Part shown: in pieces, positions 18,892 through 27,675 of the stretch | Numbering within the stretch: position 1 is the first letter of the stretch | Layout of the letters: every line of letters starts with the position of its first letter | Origin: Escherichia phage ukendt | Length of the DNA stretch: 64,000 nt | Sequence record: NC_052661.1 | Strand: one strand, 5' to 3' | Notes under the pieces: model-generated | The model's database searches: none | Seen by the model: only the letters and a program-made list of their open reading frames with translations | Told to the model about the DNA's origin: nothing | Position numbers and translations under genes: made by a program

Positions 18892-19161
18892 TTAATGATT
18901 AGTGATGTTGATGACAATCTTAGTTTCAACCTTAGCCCAACAGTAGTCTGCTTCATTAAAACGACTAGTCACAATGTATTCTCCTGCACGAGAACCTGTT
19001 AAGCACACTGCACCTGTATCTGTAGCTAAGTAGTAGTCCCGTTCTTGTTCACTTACTTCTGAATCGTAGTAGTAGAAAACAGACATAGGTTCAATTTCAT
19101 CTAAACGATATAATTTTGGAACAGGGGATTTCTCGATAAACTCGATAGAAGTCTTACTCAT
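18892..19161 (-). CDS. hypothetical protein
   Basis: 89 aa ORF. Confidence 0.5.
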   Translation of the reverse strand: MSKTSIEFIEKSPVPKLYRLDEIEPMSVFYYYDSEVSEQERDYYLATDTGAVCLTGSRAGEYIVTSRFNEADYCWAKVETKIVINITNH

Positions 19162-19394
19162 TTGTTTTCTCCTAGATCTAAACTAATTAAGAAGTCACGA
19201 AGGATGATCATTTGTTCTGTAGATAATGATAATACACCTTCTCCATAAATATCACCAGACCATTCAGCAGTTAGATCTAGTGTACCAGTACCAGGAAACC
19301 AATCAATAGTGATCTGATTACCATTAGAGTCAGGTAGTATTTCACTAACTAACATAACACACTCTCCTATTATTGTTCTTGATCTTACGATCAT
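19158..19394 (-). CDS. hypothetical protein
   Basis: 78 aa ORF. Confidence 0.5.
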   Translation of the reverse strand: MIVRSRTIIGECVMLVSEILPDSNGNQITIDWFPGTGTLDLTAEWSGDIYGEGVLSLSTEQMIILRDFLISLDLGENK

Positions 19395-19464
19395 CTACCG
19401 ATAAGAACAAGTACTTAAATCTCTGTTCTTCGAACATCTAACGATAGAGATTAATCTATTACAT

Positions 19465-19528
19465 AATCTATACTCGCTATCGCTCGACCCTTCGGGGTTA
19501 GGGTAGCATATTTTTTGAAAAAAGTCAA
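19465..19528. repeat. conserved 65-bp intergenic element, copy 1
   Basis: AATCTATACTCGCTATCGCTCG, hairpin ACCCTTCGGGGT, then TTAGGGTAGCATATTTTTTGAAAAAAGTCAA. Confidence 0.55.
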
Positions 19529-19881
19529 CACTTATTTTTGGTAAGTAGAGAAATCAATTGTTCACCTGCTTCTGGTGCATATAGTGCTTTAGTATCGAAG
19601 TCAAAGAAGTGAGTGACCCCTGTTACTTTGGATGCCTGAATAGATAATCGTGCAAGCTTAAGCAGATTATCCATTTCCGCAATCTTTGCACGAAACACTG
19701 CACGTGTAGCGTCAAAAGCTGTATGTGGCATGTATTTACGATTTAGACTACTACGTTTAAATTTACGATAATCTGCAATGATTCTGTTACGTTCTTTGTT
19801 CAAGTGTTTTACCAGTGCAGTGTATACATGTGGTTCTTTGTTAGCCATTGTTAATCTCCTCTTCATATGTTGGTAGTGCAT
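19525..19881 (-). CDS. hypothetical protein
   Basis: 118 aa ORF. Confidence 0.5.
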   Translation of the reverse strand: MHYQHMKRRLTMANKEPHVYTALVKHLNKERNRIIADYRKFKRSSLNRKYMPHTAFDATRAVFRAKIAEMDNLLKLARLSIQASKVTGVTHFFDFDTKALYAPEAGEQLISLLTKNKC

Positions 19882-20053
19882 GGTATGCGATCACAGGTGC
19901 CAAGTCAAAATAAAAATGACCATTGATAACAGCTATCGTGCCATTGCGTGTTTTGTTAACTTCACAGAATCCCTTCTTGCCGTTTGCCATGATTACAAGC
20001 CACTCTCCGATAGGAACATCCTCGGTACCAGATACTTTAATCCATCCACTCAC
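19841..20053 (-). CDS. hypothetical protein
   Basis: 70 aa ORF. Confidence 0.45.
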   Translation of the reverse strand: MSGWIKVSGTEDVPIGEWLVIMANGKKGFCEVNKTRNGTIAVINGHFYFDLAPVIAYHALPTYEEEINNG

Positions 20054-20307
20054 TTTACTCCCCCTTTGTAATCGGACACTATACCAGGTCTTACTTTTGC
20101 CTTAAGATGTTTCAACTCTACCATAGGAGTTGCCACTTGTATAGGGCTAACTTCAACCTTGTAGATAGTATATTCATAAGTCGCATATTTACCGATGGAA
20201 TGCAAATACTTAATTGCGTGTTCAGGGGAATCTGCTTCAACATACCCTAAATCTTTCGTAGTACGACCTTCGGTATCGCCTTCAGTGGTTACGTGATAAA
20301 GTGTCAT
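20050..20307 (-). CDS. hypothetical protein
   Basis: 85 aa ORF. Confidence 0.5.
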   Translation of the reverse strand: MTLYHVTTEGDTEGRTTKDLGYVEADSPEHAIKYLHSIGKYATYEYTIYKVEVSPIQVATPMVELKHLKAKVRPGIVSDYKGGVK

Positions 20308-20627
20308 AAAACCTCCTTCTGGTTGGCTGCTTCAATCATAACGTTAAGAGTCTCCATACCGCTTTCAACTGCTTGAGCAATCTCTTGGAACACTGTTTTC
20401 TTAAAGATGTATAAAGATCCTGCCTGTAAGCGTTGCACACAGCATAAGAGGGTTTGGTGATCCATAACAAAGTCTCCATAAGCACAATCAATTTTCCCTG
20501 TGATTGGGTTGTCTCGTGAGCGAGGATCGTATTCTAATGTGATATGCGTTACACCAGGTAAAGTAACAAACTGACAACGGATGTTGACACGTGGTGCAAT
20601 TGACACGCTAAACAAACTGTTTGACAT
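20304..20627 (-). CDS. hypothetical protein
   Basis: 107 aa ORF, RBS GAGGAGG. Confidence 0.5.
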   Translation of the reverse strand: MSNSLFSVSIAPRVNIRCQFVTLPGVTHITLEYDPRSRDNPITGKIDCAYGDFVMDHQTLLCCVQRLQAGSLYIFKKTVFQEIAQAVESGMETLNVMIEAANQKEVL

Positions 20628-20774
20628 TTAAACCTCCTCGTAGTAAGGCAAAGCTTTGATCAGCTGTTCTGAAGTGCCATTCTCTGTCCATGTAACCCCG
20701 TTGTCAAGAGAAACATACCCTTTCTTATCGATAAATTTACGGAGACAACCAGTGAACTTGTTTTTGTAGATCAT
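20628..20774 (-). CDS. hypothetical small protein
   Basis: 48 aa ORF not in track; start overlaps upstream stop (ATGA). Confidence 0.3.
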   Translation of the reverse strand: MIYKNKFTGCLRKFIDKKGYVSLDNGVTWTENGTSEQLIKALPYYEEV

Positions 20775-21214
20775 TTCTTCTTTCCTTTCTTTAATTTGTT
20801 GTGACCTTTACCCTTATAAAGCTTGTGATTACGAGCAGATGGGTTATTTTGGTTCTCCAGTCGGCTAACAGGTGTATTCCAAAGATTTCCTGCTACAAAA
20901 GATGCTGCCACAAGTTCTTCCAGGTATACAAAATCCAAAGCAGGTATCTTTGTTTCCCTCATCTTGCGTTCTACATTAGACAACACGCCTTCTTCCTTAC
21001 TGTCTTCTTTTTCAATTACAGACCAACCCTCTTCCTGCCAAGCTTCCCCTCTGAACCAAGTTTCCATGTTATAACCTTGTTCGTCGAGAATAACACCATC
21101 TCGCATCTCAAACCATTCGCCACCACAAAAATGGCGGTGCTCAACACGTCTACCTTCCTTCATTGCTTCTTTAGCTTCGGGCCAAGTCAGTTTGATGTTT
21201 TGGATGTTTTGCAT
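20771..21214 (-). CDS. hypothetical protein
   Basis: 147 aa ORF, first gene of minus block. Confidence 0.5.
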   Translation of the reverse strand: MQNIQNIKLTWPEAKEAMKEGRRVEHRHFCGGEWFEMRDGVILDEQGYNMETWFRGEAWQEEGWSVIEKEDSKEEGVLSNVERKMRETKIPALDFVYLEELVAASFVAGNLWNTPVSRLENQNNPSARNHKLYKGKGHNKLKKGKKK

Positions 21215-21328
21215 TTGTTTTCTCCTTTTGTTTGGTAGGAGTTGATCTTAACAAGATTAAAAAGTATGTCAATACTTGATCTGAAATTATTTTCAGGTAT
21301 CATGTATGAACATTAACAAGAGAGGTAG

Positions 21329-21622
21329 ATGATGAACATTACTTTAGCAACTAAGAATATTTCTGAAACAATTAACGGTTTTGGTGTGATTGTAGCCTTG
21401 CACGGTAACAATGAGAAATGGTTGGCTTCTTTTGAAGAGGATCGCCAACACAACATTATTTTAGATGCCCCTATAAAAGTTATGCATATCGTTGGTGAAA
21501 GCAAAGTGCTCACTTCCTCCCGTTCAAAAGAACAAATTACAAATGAATTAGTAAAACTGCTTGACAATGTTCTTAACATGTTTGATAATGCACCCATCGA
21601 TACAAAACGTGTCTTAATGTGA
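21329..21622 (+). CDS. hypothetical protein
   Basis: 97 aa, first gene of plus block, RBS AGAGAGG. Confidence 0.5.
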   Translation: MMNITLATKNISETINGFGVIVALHGNNEKWLASFEEDRQHNIILDAPIKVMHIVGESKVLTSSRSKEQITNELVKLLDNVLNMFDNAPIDTKRVLM

Positions 21623-21634
21623 GAGGAGAACAAA

Positions 21635-21922
21635 ATGTACTATTCACAAGACGAAGCAGCAAACATTAAACTGGCAGTGGGCGATCTTATTGTGTCACCT
21701 AACTACCATTGGGATAACACAGACTTGGTTGAAGTAGTAACCCATGTTGGAGTTGAAGGTATTGTGCTCTACACACTAGGTGGAGGTGTTGTTGGGGAAA
21801 TGGAACGTTATACAACGACCAAGAAACTGGTAAGCTCTTATCGCATGTTTTTACACCAAGGTTCTGAAGAGTATACAGCTTTCTTGTCGAAATTAGATGC
21901 AGATCGGGAGAATGCACGATGA
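21635..21922 (+). CDS. hypothetical protein
   Basis: 95 aa ORF, RBS GAGGAGA. Confidence 0.5.
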   Translation: MYYSQDEAANIKLAVGDLIVSPNYHWDNTDLVEVVTHVGVEGIVLYTLGGGVVGEMERYTTTKKLVSSYRMFLHQGSEEYTAFLSKLDADRENAR

Positions 21923-22275
21923 AAATTGTACACGATGAAATTCAAATAGAAGAAAGTGACCTGATGGATTTGGATGCAGCTTTGGGGAAGGTAATCTATG
22001 CAGGAATTAAAGCCTTCCGTGAGAAGGCAAACAATAGCACGTTTGTCATGATCCCCACTAAACTGATGCGTGTTTTGTATCCAAATAGAAGTGCGCCGTA
22101 TACAGATGAAGAAGAGGAGACAGGTAGAAGAGAGTGGTTAAATATTTTAGAAAAGATGGAGAATGCTTTTATTGATAGTGGTAATCCAGAAATCGTGTAT
22201 GCTGAAGATCAAAGGAAGGCACGGTTAGAGGGCCGTCTTTTATTCGCTAGTTATTTTGATAATCTTTGGAGCTAA
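21919..22275 (+). CDS. hypothetical protein
   Basis: 118 aa ORF. Confidence 0.5.
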   Translation: MKIVHDEIQIEESDLMDLDAALGKVIYAGIKAFREKANNSTFVMIPTKLMRVLYPNRSAPYTDEEEETGRREWLNILEKMENAFIDSGNPEIVYAEDQRKARLEGRLLFASYFDNLWS

Positions 22276-22277
22276 AT

Positions 22278-22454
22278 ATGTCTGAATTCTTCACAATGGC
22301 TTTCTTAGGGATCTATCTGATTATTAGTGCTGTTGGCTTAATCATGTCTCTAATAGAGGAAATGGGAATTAAGTGGAATTGTGCATTCGGTATAGCTCTT
22401 ATGCTCACTCCAGTTTGGATTTACATTTGCAAATCGGTTGAACTAATTGGTTAA
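22278..22454 (+). CDS. small membrane protein
   Basis: Start refined to ATG at 22278; two hydrophobic segments. Confidence 0.45.
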   Translation: MSEFFTMAFLGIYLIISAVGLIMSLIEEMGIKWNCAFGIALMLTPVWIYICKSVELIG

Positions 22455-22464
22455 TGGAGGTAAT

Positions 22465-22803
22465 ATGTTTAGTAAAGAAATGAGAGAGGTGATCGCTACT
22501 CTGGTAGTTGATCATGGTGTTGAAGTTGAGCGTCACGTTTGGAAAGATGAGCCTCCTTTCTTTGATTTGGCATCACGGGCTAAAAGTCACATGTATCTCC
22601 TTGAAGATGATAAGGATTTTATTCTGCGTATGCGTTATGATCGAGAGTTTAGAATTCCTCTTGACACAGATCCTGATGATGTAGTATTGTGGTTGGCAGA
22701 GCATTTCGCATTTAACGCTCTACATGGAAGAAGTTTTGGTAATGAACGTTGGGATACCATTTGTCGTAAACATAATATTGAACCAGAATACGGGAGTATG
22801 TAA
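22465..22803 (+). CDS. hypothetical protein
   Basis: Start refined to ATG 22465 after GGAGG. Confidence 0.5.
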   Translation: MFSKEMREVIATLVVDHGVEVERHVWKDEPPFFDLASRAKSHMYLLEDDKDFILRMRYDREFRIPLDTDPDDVVLWLAEHFAFNALHGRSFGNERWDTICRKHNIEPEYGSM

Positions 22804-23054
22804 TGTTAAGCGTTAAGCCTAAGATGATCAGTGAAGACCAGAAAGATTTCATTTACAAGTGTGGACGAATCTGGAGAGAGTATACCAAGGGTAACGAGGT
22901 CGTGGTGGTTACTGAACACCAGATTGAAATCTCTGATCTTTTCGGTGATTATTTGCAAGTGATCAAATTAGGCATTGACAGAGGTTTGGTGCAGGTGTTA
23001 ACATTATCCCAAGTTGAAGCAGAACACTTAGACAAAATCATTGTCGAGTTCTAA
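22803..23054 (+). CDS. hypothetical protein
   Basis: 83 aa ORF. Confidence 0.5.
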   Translation: MLSVKPKMISEDQKDFIYKCGRIWREYTKGNEVVVVTEHQIEISDLFGDYLQVIKLGIDRGLVQVLTLSQVEAEHLDKIIVEF

Positions 23055-23067
23055 GAGGAGAAAGAAT

Positions 23068-23232
23068 ATGATCTCTTTAGAATCAATAGCTTTTAAGAAA
23101 GGGTATACCGCAGGGTTCAAGTTTGGTATGTTTAATAAAGTAAATCCATATTGTCCAATGACACACAAAAAGGAATTCGAAGAATGGGAAGATGGATTTT
23201 CTAAAGGCTATCAGGCAAAGGGTTGGTTGTAA
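23068..23232 (+). CDS. hypothetical protein
   Basis: Start refined to ATG 23068 after AAGAGGAG. Confidence 0.45.
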   Translation: MISLESIAFKKGYTAGFKFGMFNKVNPYCPMTHKKEFEEWEDGFSKGYQAKGWL

Positions 23233-23241
23233 GGAGAGAAT

Positions 23242-23406
23242 ATGATTTTAAACTTCATCATCAACTTGTGTTTGACATTGGGACTACTTTGTGCAATAGT
23301 ATCCCCTTTGGTTGGTGAATATTGTTCTGAATTGGCGATGTTTATAGTTCTTGGTGCGGCTATTGCTAATATGTTTGTCGCTGCGATTTGTATGTTGTGG
23401 GAATAG
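23242..23406 (+). CDS. small hydrophobic membrane peptide
   Basis: 54 aa ORF not in track; RBS AAGGAGAG. Confidence 0.35.
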   Translation: MILNFIINLCLTLGLLCAIVSPLVGEYCSELAMFIVLGAAIANMFVAAICMLWE

Positions 23407-23417
23407 GAGGGAAGTTT

Positions 23418-23774
23418 ATGAAAAAATTAATCTTAGCCACATTGCTGGCTACCGTAAGCTTCACCACTTACGCTCAAAAATTTGTAGCAGTTAAAACGGA
23501 TATTGGTAAAGATGTTGTGATCACAGGCAACAAGTTTTACTATACACCTGGGAATGGTGTTCTAGAAGAGTGCAAAGATGTTGAGGCATATACAGGAAAA
23601 GAAGATAACACGGAACGTCCTTTTTATTCGATTATAGCTACTTGCAAAAATGAAATAGTAGCTATTAAACAATACAAAGATGCCCCTGGAGGAGAATACT
23701 TATTAATCAAGAATATTAAGAGTGAAAAAACTGCAAAGTTTACAGTAATTATTTTAAAAGGAGAAACGTTCTAA
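23418..23774 (+). CDS. secreted protein
   Basis: Start at ATG 23418 gives signal peptide MKKLILATLLATVSFTTYA. Confidence 0.5.
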   Translation: MKKLILATLLATVSFTTYAQKFVAVKTDIGKDVVITGNKFYYTPGNGVLEECKDVEAYTGKEDNTERPFYSIIATCKNEIVAIKQYKDAPGGEYLLIKNIKSEKTAKFTVIILKGETF

Positions 23775-24913
23775 TGAAATACACTATTTTTGGAGATGTG
23801 GCTGTTGTAAATAAGGAATATGGTGTTGAAGCTAATAAACTTCCTGCTGGAGTTTGGGTTGTCAACTGCGATCCGCACGGTAACTACTCTTTAGTGCGTG
23901 GCGAAAGTTTCTCTCTTCCGAACACTCTTTATGGGGAAACTAAAGACCGCGCCGCACATGTTATTAAAACATTTGCTCGTCGTAGTAAAGAAGGTAAAAA
24001 TACTGGGGTGTTACTGACAGGGACAAAGGGCAGTGGTAAGACGATGTTAGCTAAACTGATTAGCATGTCCCTAATGTCCACAGAAGGTTTAGGTATTCCA
24101 ACCATTTTGGTGACACAGCCTTACACAGATGCTGGATTCTTAGAATTTATGAGTAAAATTACAGATCGCGCTGTTGTTTTATTTGACGAGTTTGATAAAG
24201 TGTACGCTAAGAAAGAAGATCAGGAAGCACTGTTGACCTTGTTAGATGGAACAGGAAGTGGAAATAAACTTTACATCCTCACTAAAAATAGTGGCTATAT
24301 CTCGGAATATTTTGTAAACCGTCCTAGTCGTATCTATTACAGTTTCAATTACGATAAACTGTCTAGTGAAACTATGTTAGATTACTTGGATAAGAACTTG
24401 GTAAATAAAAAACACGTAGATAACTTCCAACGTTTATGGGATGTTAGCACAGAGTTGTCTTTCGATGTTATTCAAGGCATTGTAGAAGAATTGAATTTCT
24501 ATCCAAAAATGACTTTTAAAGAATGTCTTGAAATGATGGGTATTTCTTTAGGGAACGATGCTAAATGGAATGTGGCTTCTATCGTAGCTAATGGCAAAAC
24601 CTTGAAGGTGAATTGGATCAATAACTGGCACGACTTCACCCCTACTAAGTTTTTGTCGGGTGCTTGTTCCCTGAACATCTATCTACAAAGTTTGAAAGAT
24701 GGTGAAGTGGAAGCAATGGAAACCAACAGTTATGTTATCCTGGATGAAGATGGTGATCCACATATTGATCTATGTGCAACGGCTGATGGTCTAACTTGTG
24801 ATCTGATTGAAGGTGGTAAGATTCTGGTTATGAGCACTACACCAGGAAACACTCTGCGAGTGGTGCTGGAGCCTGTAACACAACGTTCCACCACACTGGG
24901 TAGCGTGTTCTAA
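23774..24913 (+). CDS. AAA-family ATPase
   Basis: 379 aa; Walker A GTKGSGKT and Walker B VVLFDEFD. Confidence 0.55.
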   Translation: MKYTIFGDVAVVNKEYGVEANKLPAGVWVVNCDPHGNYSLVRGESFSLPNTLYGETKDRAAHVIKTFARRSKEGKNTGVLLTGTKGSGKTMLAKLISMSLMSTEGLGIPTILVTQPYTDAGFLEFMSKITDRAVVLFDEFDKVYAKKEDQEALLTLLDGTGSGNKLYILTKNSGYISEYFVNRPSRIYYSFNYDKLSSETMLDYLDKNLVNKKHVDNFQRLWDVSTELSFDVIQGIVEELNFYPKMTFKECLEMMGISLGNDAKWNVASIVANGKTLKVNWINNWHDFTPTKFLSGACSLNIYLQSLKDGEVEAMETNSYVILDEDGDPHIDLCATADGLTCDLIEGGKILVMSTTPGNTLRVVLEPVTQRSTTLGSVF

Positions 24914-24918
24914 TAAAG

Positions 24919-24940
24919 ATGCCCCGCAAGGGGCATTTCT
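24919..24940 (+). terminator. rho-independent terminator
   Basis: ATGCCCC-GCAA-GGGGCAT hairpin then TTCTT, after the AAA ATPase gene. Confidence 0.5.
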
Positions 24941-24954
24941 TATAGGATGAAATC

Positions 24955-26163
24955 ATGAGTAAAGCTAAAAGTTGGGAAGAATATAAAGCAGAATGCGAGA
25001 TCATAGCTCTCTCTAAAGGATATAAAATTTTAGGCCATAAAGAATGGAAAGGGTGTGAGACTAAACTCCTGATAGAATGTCCTGTGCACGGTGTATGGGA
25101 TACTTGTAAAATATCTAACTTTAAAAGTGGGAAGTCTTGCCCTTCTTGTGGTGAATTAACAAAAAGGGAGAAGAGAACGAAGAGCAGAGAGGACCAAGAG
25201 AAAGAGTGTGAAGAAGAAGCGTTAAAAAGAGGTTGGCGCTTCTTGGGTATCTACGGAGAATGGCTGAAAGCTAAAAAGACACGAGTAATCTTACGTTGTG
25301 ATAGGGGTCACGAGTTTAACACATCTACCATAGACAACTTTAAGAATAATAAACAAGGTTGTCCAGTTTGTCGTTTAGAGGATATAGGTAAACACAATAA
25401 GCTTTCAGACGATCAGCACATACAAGATTTCATGAGTACGGGTGTGTTTCCCGAAGGCACTACCTTCACTAATACAGGGGAAAAAGCTGGGAGGAGCGAA
25501 ATACTTTGGAGTGTATTTTGCCCTATCTGTGCTATAGACGAGTTTTCCAAAGCTGGGGTAGGAACGGGATATTTTATCGGTAGAGGTAGTTCATTAAAAC
25601 AGGGTATGCGCCCTTGTCGTTGTTCTGCCAGTTACAAATATTCTGAAGAAGAGATGACATTTAGAGCAAAAAGTGACGTAGAACGTAGAGGGTACGTGTG
25701 GTTGGGGTGGATCGGGAAAGCTTCTATACTTGGGGATTTTGAATATGGTTGCAAGGATCATGGGAAACATGTGTGTAGTGCTAACAATTGGTTAAATAAG
25801 GGGTGTGGTTGCCCTGGTTGTGCAGGTATGAATCAACAACAAGCCTACATTAATTATATTTACGATGAGCAAGATATTATCTGTGCACTGAAGTTTGGTA
25901 TTGCTAATAATAGTAATCGCCGTATCAAAGAACAAAATAGTCGTAATGTGTTTACTATGAAACAGAGCCAAGTGTGGCACTTCCCTACTGTGAAGCAATG
26001 CAAAGATGCAGAAAAGCGTTGTAAGCGTGTCCTTCACACGGAAGCAGTGAGCAAATATTCTATGCCAGATGGCTACACAGAGACAGTGGAGTTATCTTGC
26101 ATGGCATCAATACAAAATATTTATAAACTTTATGGTGGAACATTACAGGAGGAAACATGTTAG
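24955..26163 (+). CDS. Cys-rich repeat protein with four zinc-ribbon-like modules
   Basis: 402 aa; four repeats of G(Y/W)xxLG...CxxGHxF...GCPxC pattern. Confidence 0.5.
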   Translation: MSKAKSWEEYKAECEIIALSKGYKILGHKEWKGCETKLLIECPVHGVWDTCKISNFKSGKSCPSCGELTKREKRTKSREDQEKECEEEALKRGWRFLGIYGEWLKAKKTRVILRCDRGHEFNTSTIDNFKNNKQGCPVCRLEDIGKHNKLSDDQHIQDFMSTGVFPEGTTFTNTGEKAGRSEILWSVFCPICAIDEFSKAGVGTGYFIGRGSSLKQGMRPCRCSASYKYSEEEMTFRAKSDVERRGYVWLGWIGKASILGDFEYGCKDHGKHVCSANNWLNKGCGCPGCAGMNQQQAYINYIYDEQDIICALKFGIANNSNRRIKEQNSRNVFTMKQSQVWHFPTVKQCKDAEKRCKRVLHTEAVSKYSMPDGYTETVELSCMASIQNIYKLYGGTLQEETC

Positions 26164-26522
26164 TTGACGTTCAAATTATGCGCAACGAAAGAATGGACTT
26201 CTTTGAAGCAGTAGAGAAACATCTGATCCGATGGGACTATGAATTTGTTCCTGCTGGATGTGGACCAGTAGAGCATTTAGCGGAAGACGACGATGTATAC
26301 ATGATCATTCGTCAAGTGTACCAGACAGACCAGTGTGAAGAAACTCCCGAACTGATTTTGTTTGAGTGTAAAGATCTTGCAAAATATTTTGACTATGGCG
26401 GAAAAGAGGGTCATAATCTCTCCAGATACAATAAACGTCTACTTATCTTAGACTACATGCGGAACAACAAACACAAACTCATCGACGCAGAAGCAGTTTA
26501 TGGCTACTGGTGGATGGACTAA
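26157..26522 (+). CDS. hypothetical protein
   Basis: 121 aa ORF. Confidence 0.5.
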   Translation: MLVDVQIMRNERMDFFEAVEKHLIRWDYEFVPAGCGPVEHLAEDDDVYMIIRQVYQTDQCEETPELILFECKDLAKYFDYGGKEGHNLSRYNKRLLILDYMRNNKHKLIDAEAVYGYWWMD

Positions 26523-26535
26523 CAAAGGAGAAACT

Positions 26536-26715
26536 ATGGCACGTTTAGCAGATCATGAAATCTTTAAACCTATTCTGAACCACTATGATGAACTTAAAGC
26601 AGTGTTGGATTGTTATAGAGAGGATGAAGAACGTTTGGAAGTCAATCTTAAGATAGTTCTGATGAAAGCTTTTCAAGACGGGCAAGCTAAAGTTTTAGAA
26701 GGCATGAAAAAATGA
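26536..26715 (+). CDS. hypothetical protein
   Basis: Start refined to ATG 26536 after AAAGGAG. Confidence 0.45.
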   Translation: MARLADHEIFKPILNHYDELKAVLDCYREDEERLEVNLKIVLMKAFQDGQAKVLEGMKK

Positions 26716-27254
26716 GAATAACTGATGAATATGTATTCTTCTTTTCACATAAAGATGTGTTTAGTAATTGGTATATTGCACCCTTTACAGAAACTGAACC
26801 AGGTTACAATGAGACTTTCTGTTGTGTTGAGCAATATATGATGTGGCGTAAGGCTTTGCTGTTCAAGGATCATGCGATTGCAGCAGCTATCCTTGATCAC
26901 TCAACTATACGTGACAACGAGAGGAAACAAGCATACTACAAACGTATGGGTCGAGCGGTATCTGGTTTTAATAATGATATGTGGGAAGAGAACCGTGAGC
27001 GTATTGTTATGCGAGGCTTATGCTTGAAATATGTACAGAATCCAGATTTGTATGCAGACTTACACCTTTACCAATACAAAACGTTTGTTGAAGCAAGCCC
27101 CTACGATAAGGTTTACGGAATTGGAATGGGGATGTATGAACCAGGGGTGCTAAACCCTGCTACCTGGAAAGGGCAGAATCTTTTAGGCAAATATCATAAT
27201 AAACTGATCGAAATACTCTTCCAAGACAAAATACCGCAAAGACGATATTTGTGA
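26712..27254 (+). CDS. NADAR (YbiA-like) domain protein
   Basis: 180 aa; FFFSHKDVFSNWY...CCVEQYMMWRKA matches the NADAR signature. Confidence 0.6.
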   Translation: MRITDEYVFFFSHKDVFSNWYIAPFTETEPGYNETFCCVEQYMMWRKALLFKDHAIAAAILDHSTIRDNERKQAYYKRMGRAVSGFNNDMWEENRERIVMRGLCLKYVQNPDLYADLHLYQYKTFVEASPYDKVYGIGMGMYEPGVLNPATWKGQNLLGKYHNKLIEILFQDKIPQRRYL

Positions 27255-27310
27255 TATTTTAACTTTTTTCATTTTTAGAACAAAGGTGTCACTTTGTAGC
27301 ACAGAAATAA

Positions 27311-27345
27311 GGCTCCTACAGCACCGTAGAGAGCCTGTTATTTTA
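27311..27345 (+). terminator. rho-independent terminator after the NADAR gene
   Basis: GGCTCCTAC...GTAGAGAGCC hairpin followed by TGTTATTTTA. Confidence 0.45.
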
Positions 27346-27496
27346 TCCTATACAAACCCTTGTCTTTTTCAGTTTGCATCACTAGGATTCGATCTGAGTG
27401 GGTTCCTGAAGGTCTGCCAATAAGATTAAAGGTTATCTCAAATTCCCACTACCTATTATCTCAAAAATCCCTCAAATTATTTAAACTTTTTAAGAA

Positions 27497-27536
27497 TTTA
27501 CAAAAGTGAAAGTTGAAAACCAAAATTTAAAGTTTA
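27497..27536. repeat. direct repeat, copy 1 (TTTAAAGTTTA-containing unit)
   Basis: TTTACAAAAGTGAAAGTTGAAAACCAAAATTTAAAGTTTAG, imperfectly repeated at 27636. Confidence 0.5.
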
Positions 27537-27635
27537 GGAAAATTATCTTAAAATGTTAGATACAAAACAAAACTCAAAAGTCAAGGAAAATTTTAAAAAT
27601 TTTGCGCGCCCACAGTATTTAAAGTTTTTTTGCTT

Positions 27636-27675
27636 TTACAAAAATGAAAGTACAAAAGCAAAATTTAAAGTTTAC
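27636..27675. repeat. direct repeat, copy 2
   Basis: TTTACAAAAATGAAAGTACAAAAGCAAAATTTAAAGTTTAC. Confidence 0.5.

Noticed and set aside
27370-27420. Possible tRNA (GGATTCGATC resembles a T-arm)
   Set aside because: No acceptable acceptor stem, D-arm or anticodon arm could be built by eye on either strand; needs tRNAscan-SE or ARAGORN to settle.
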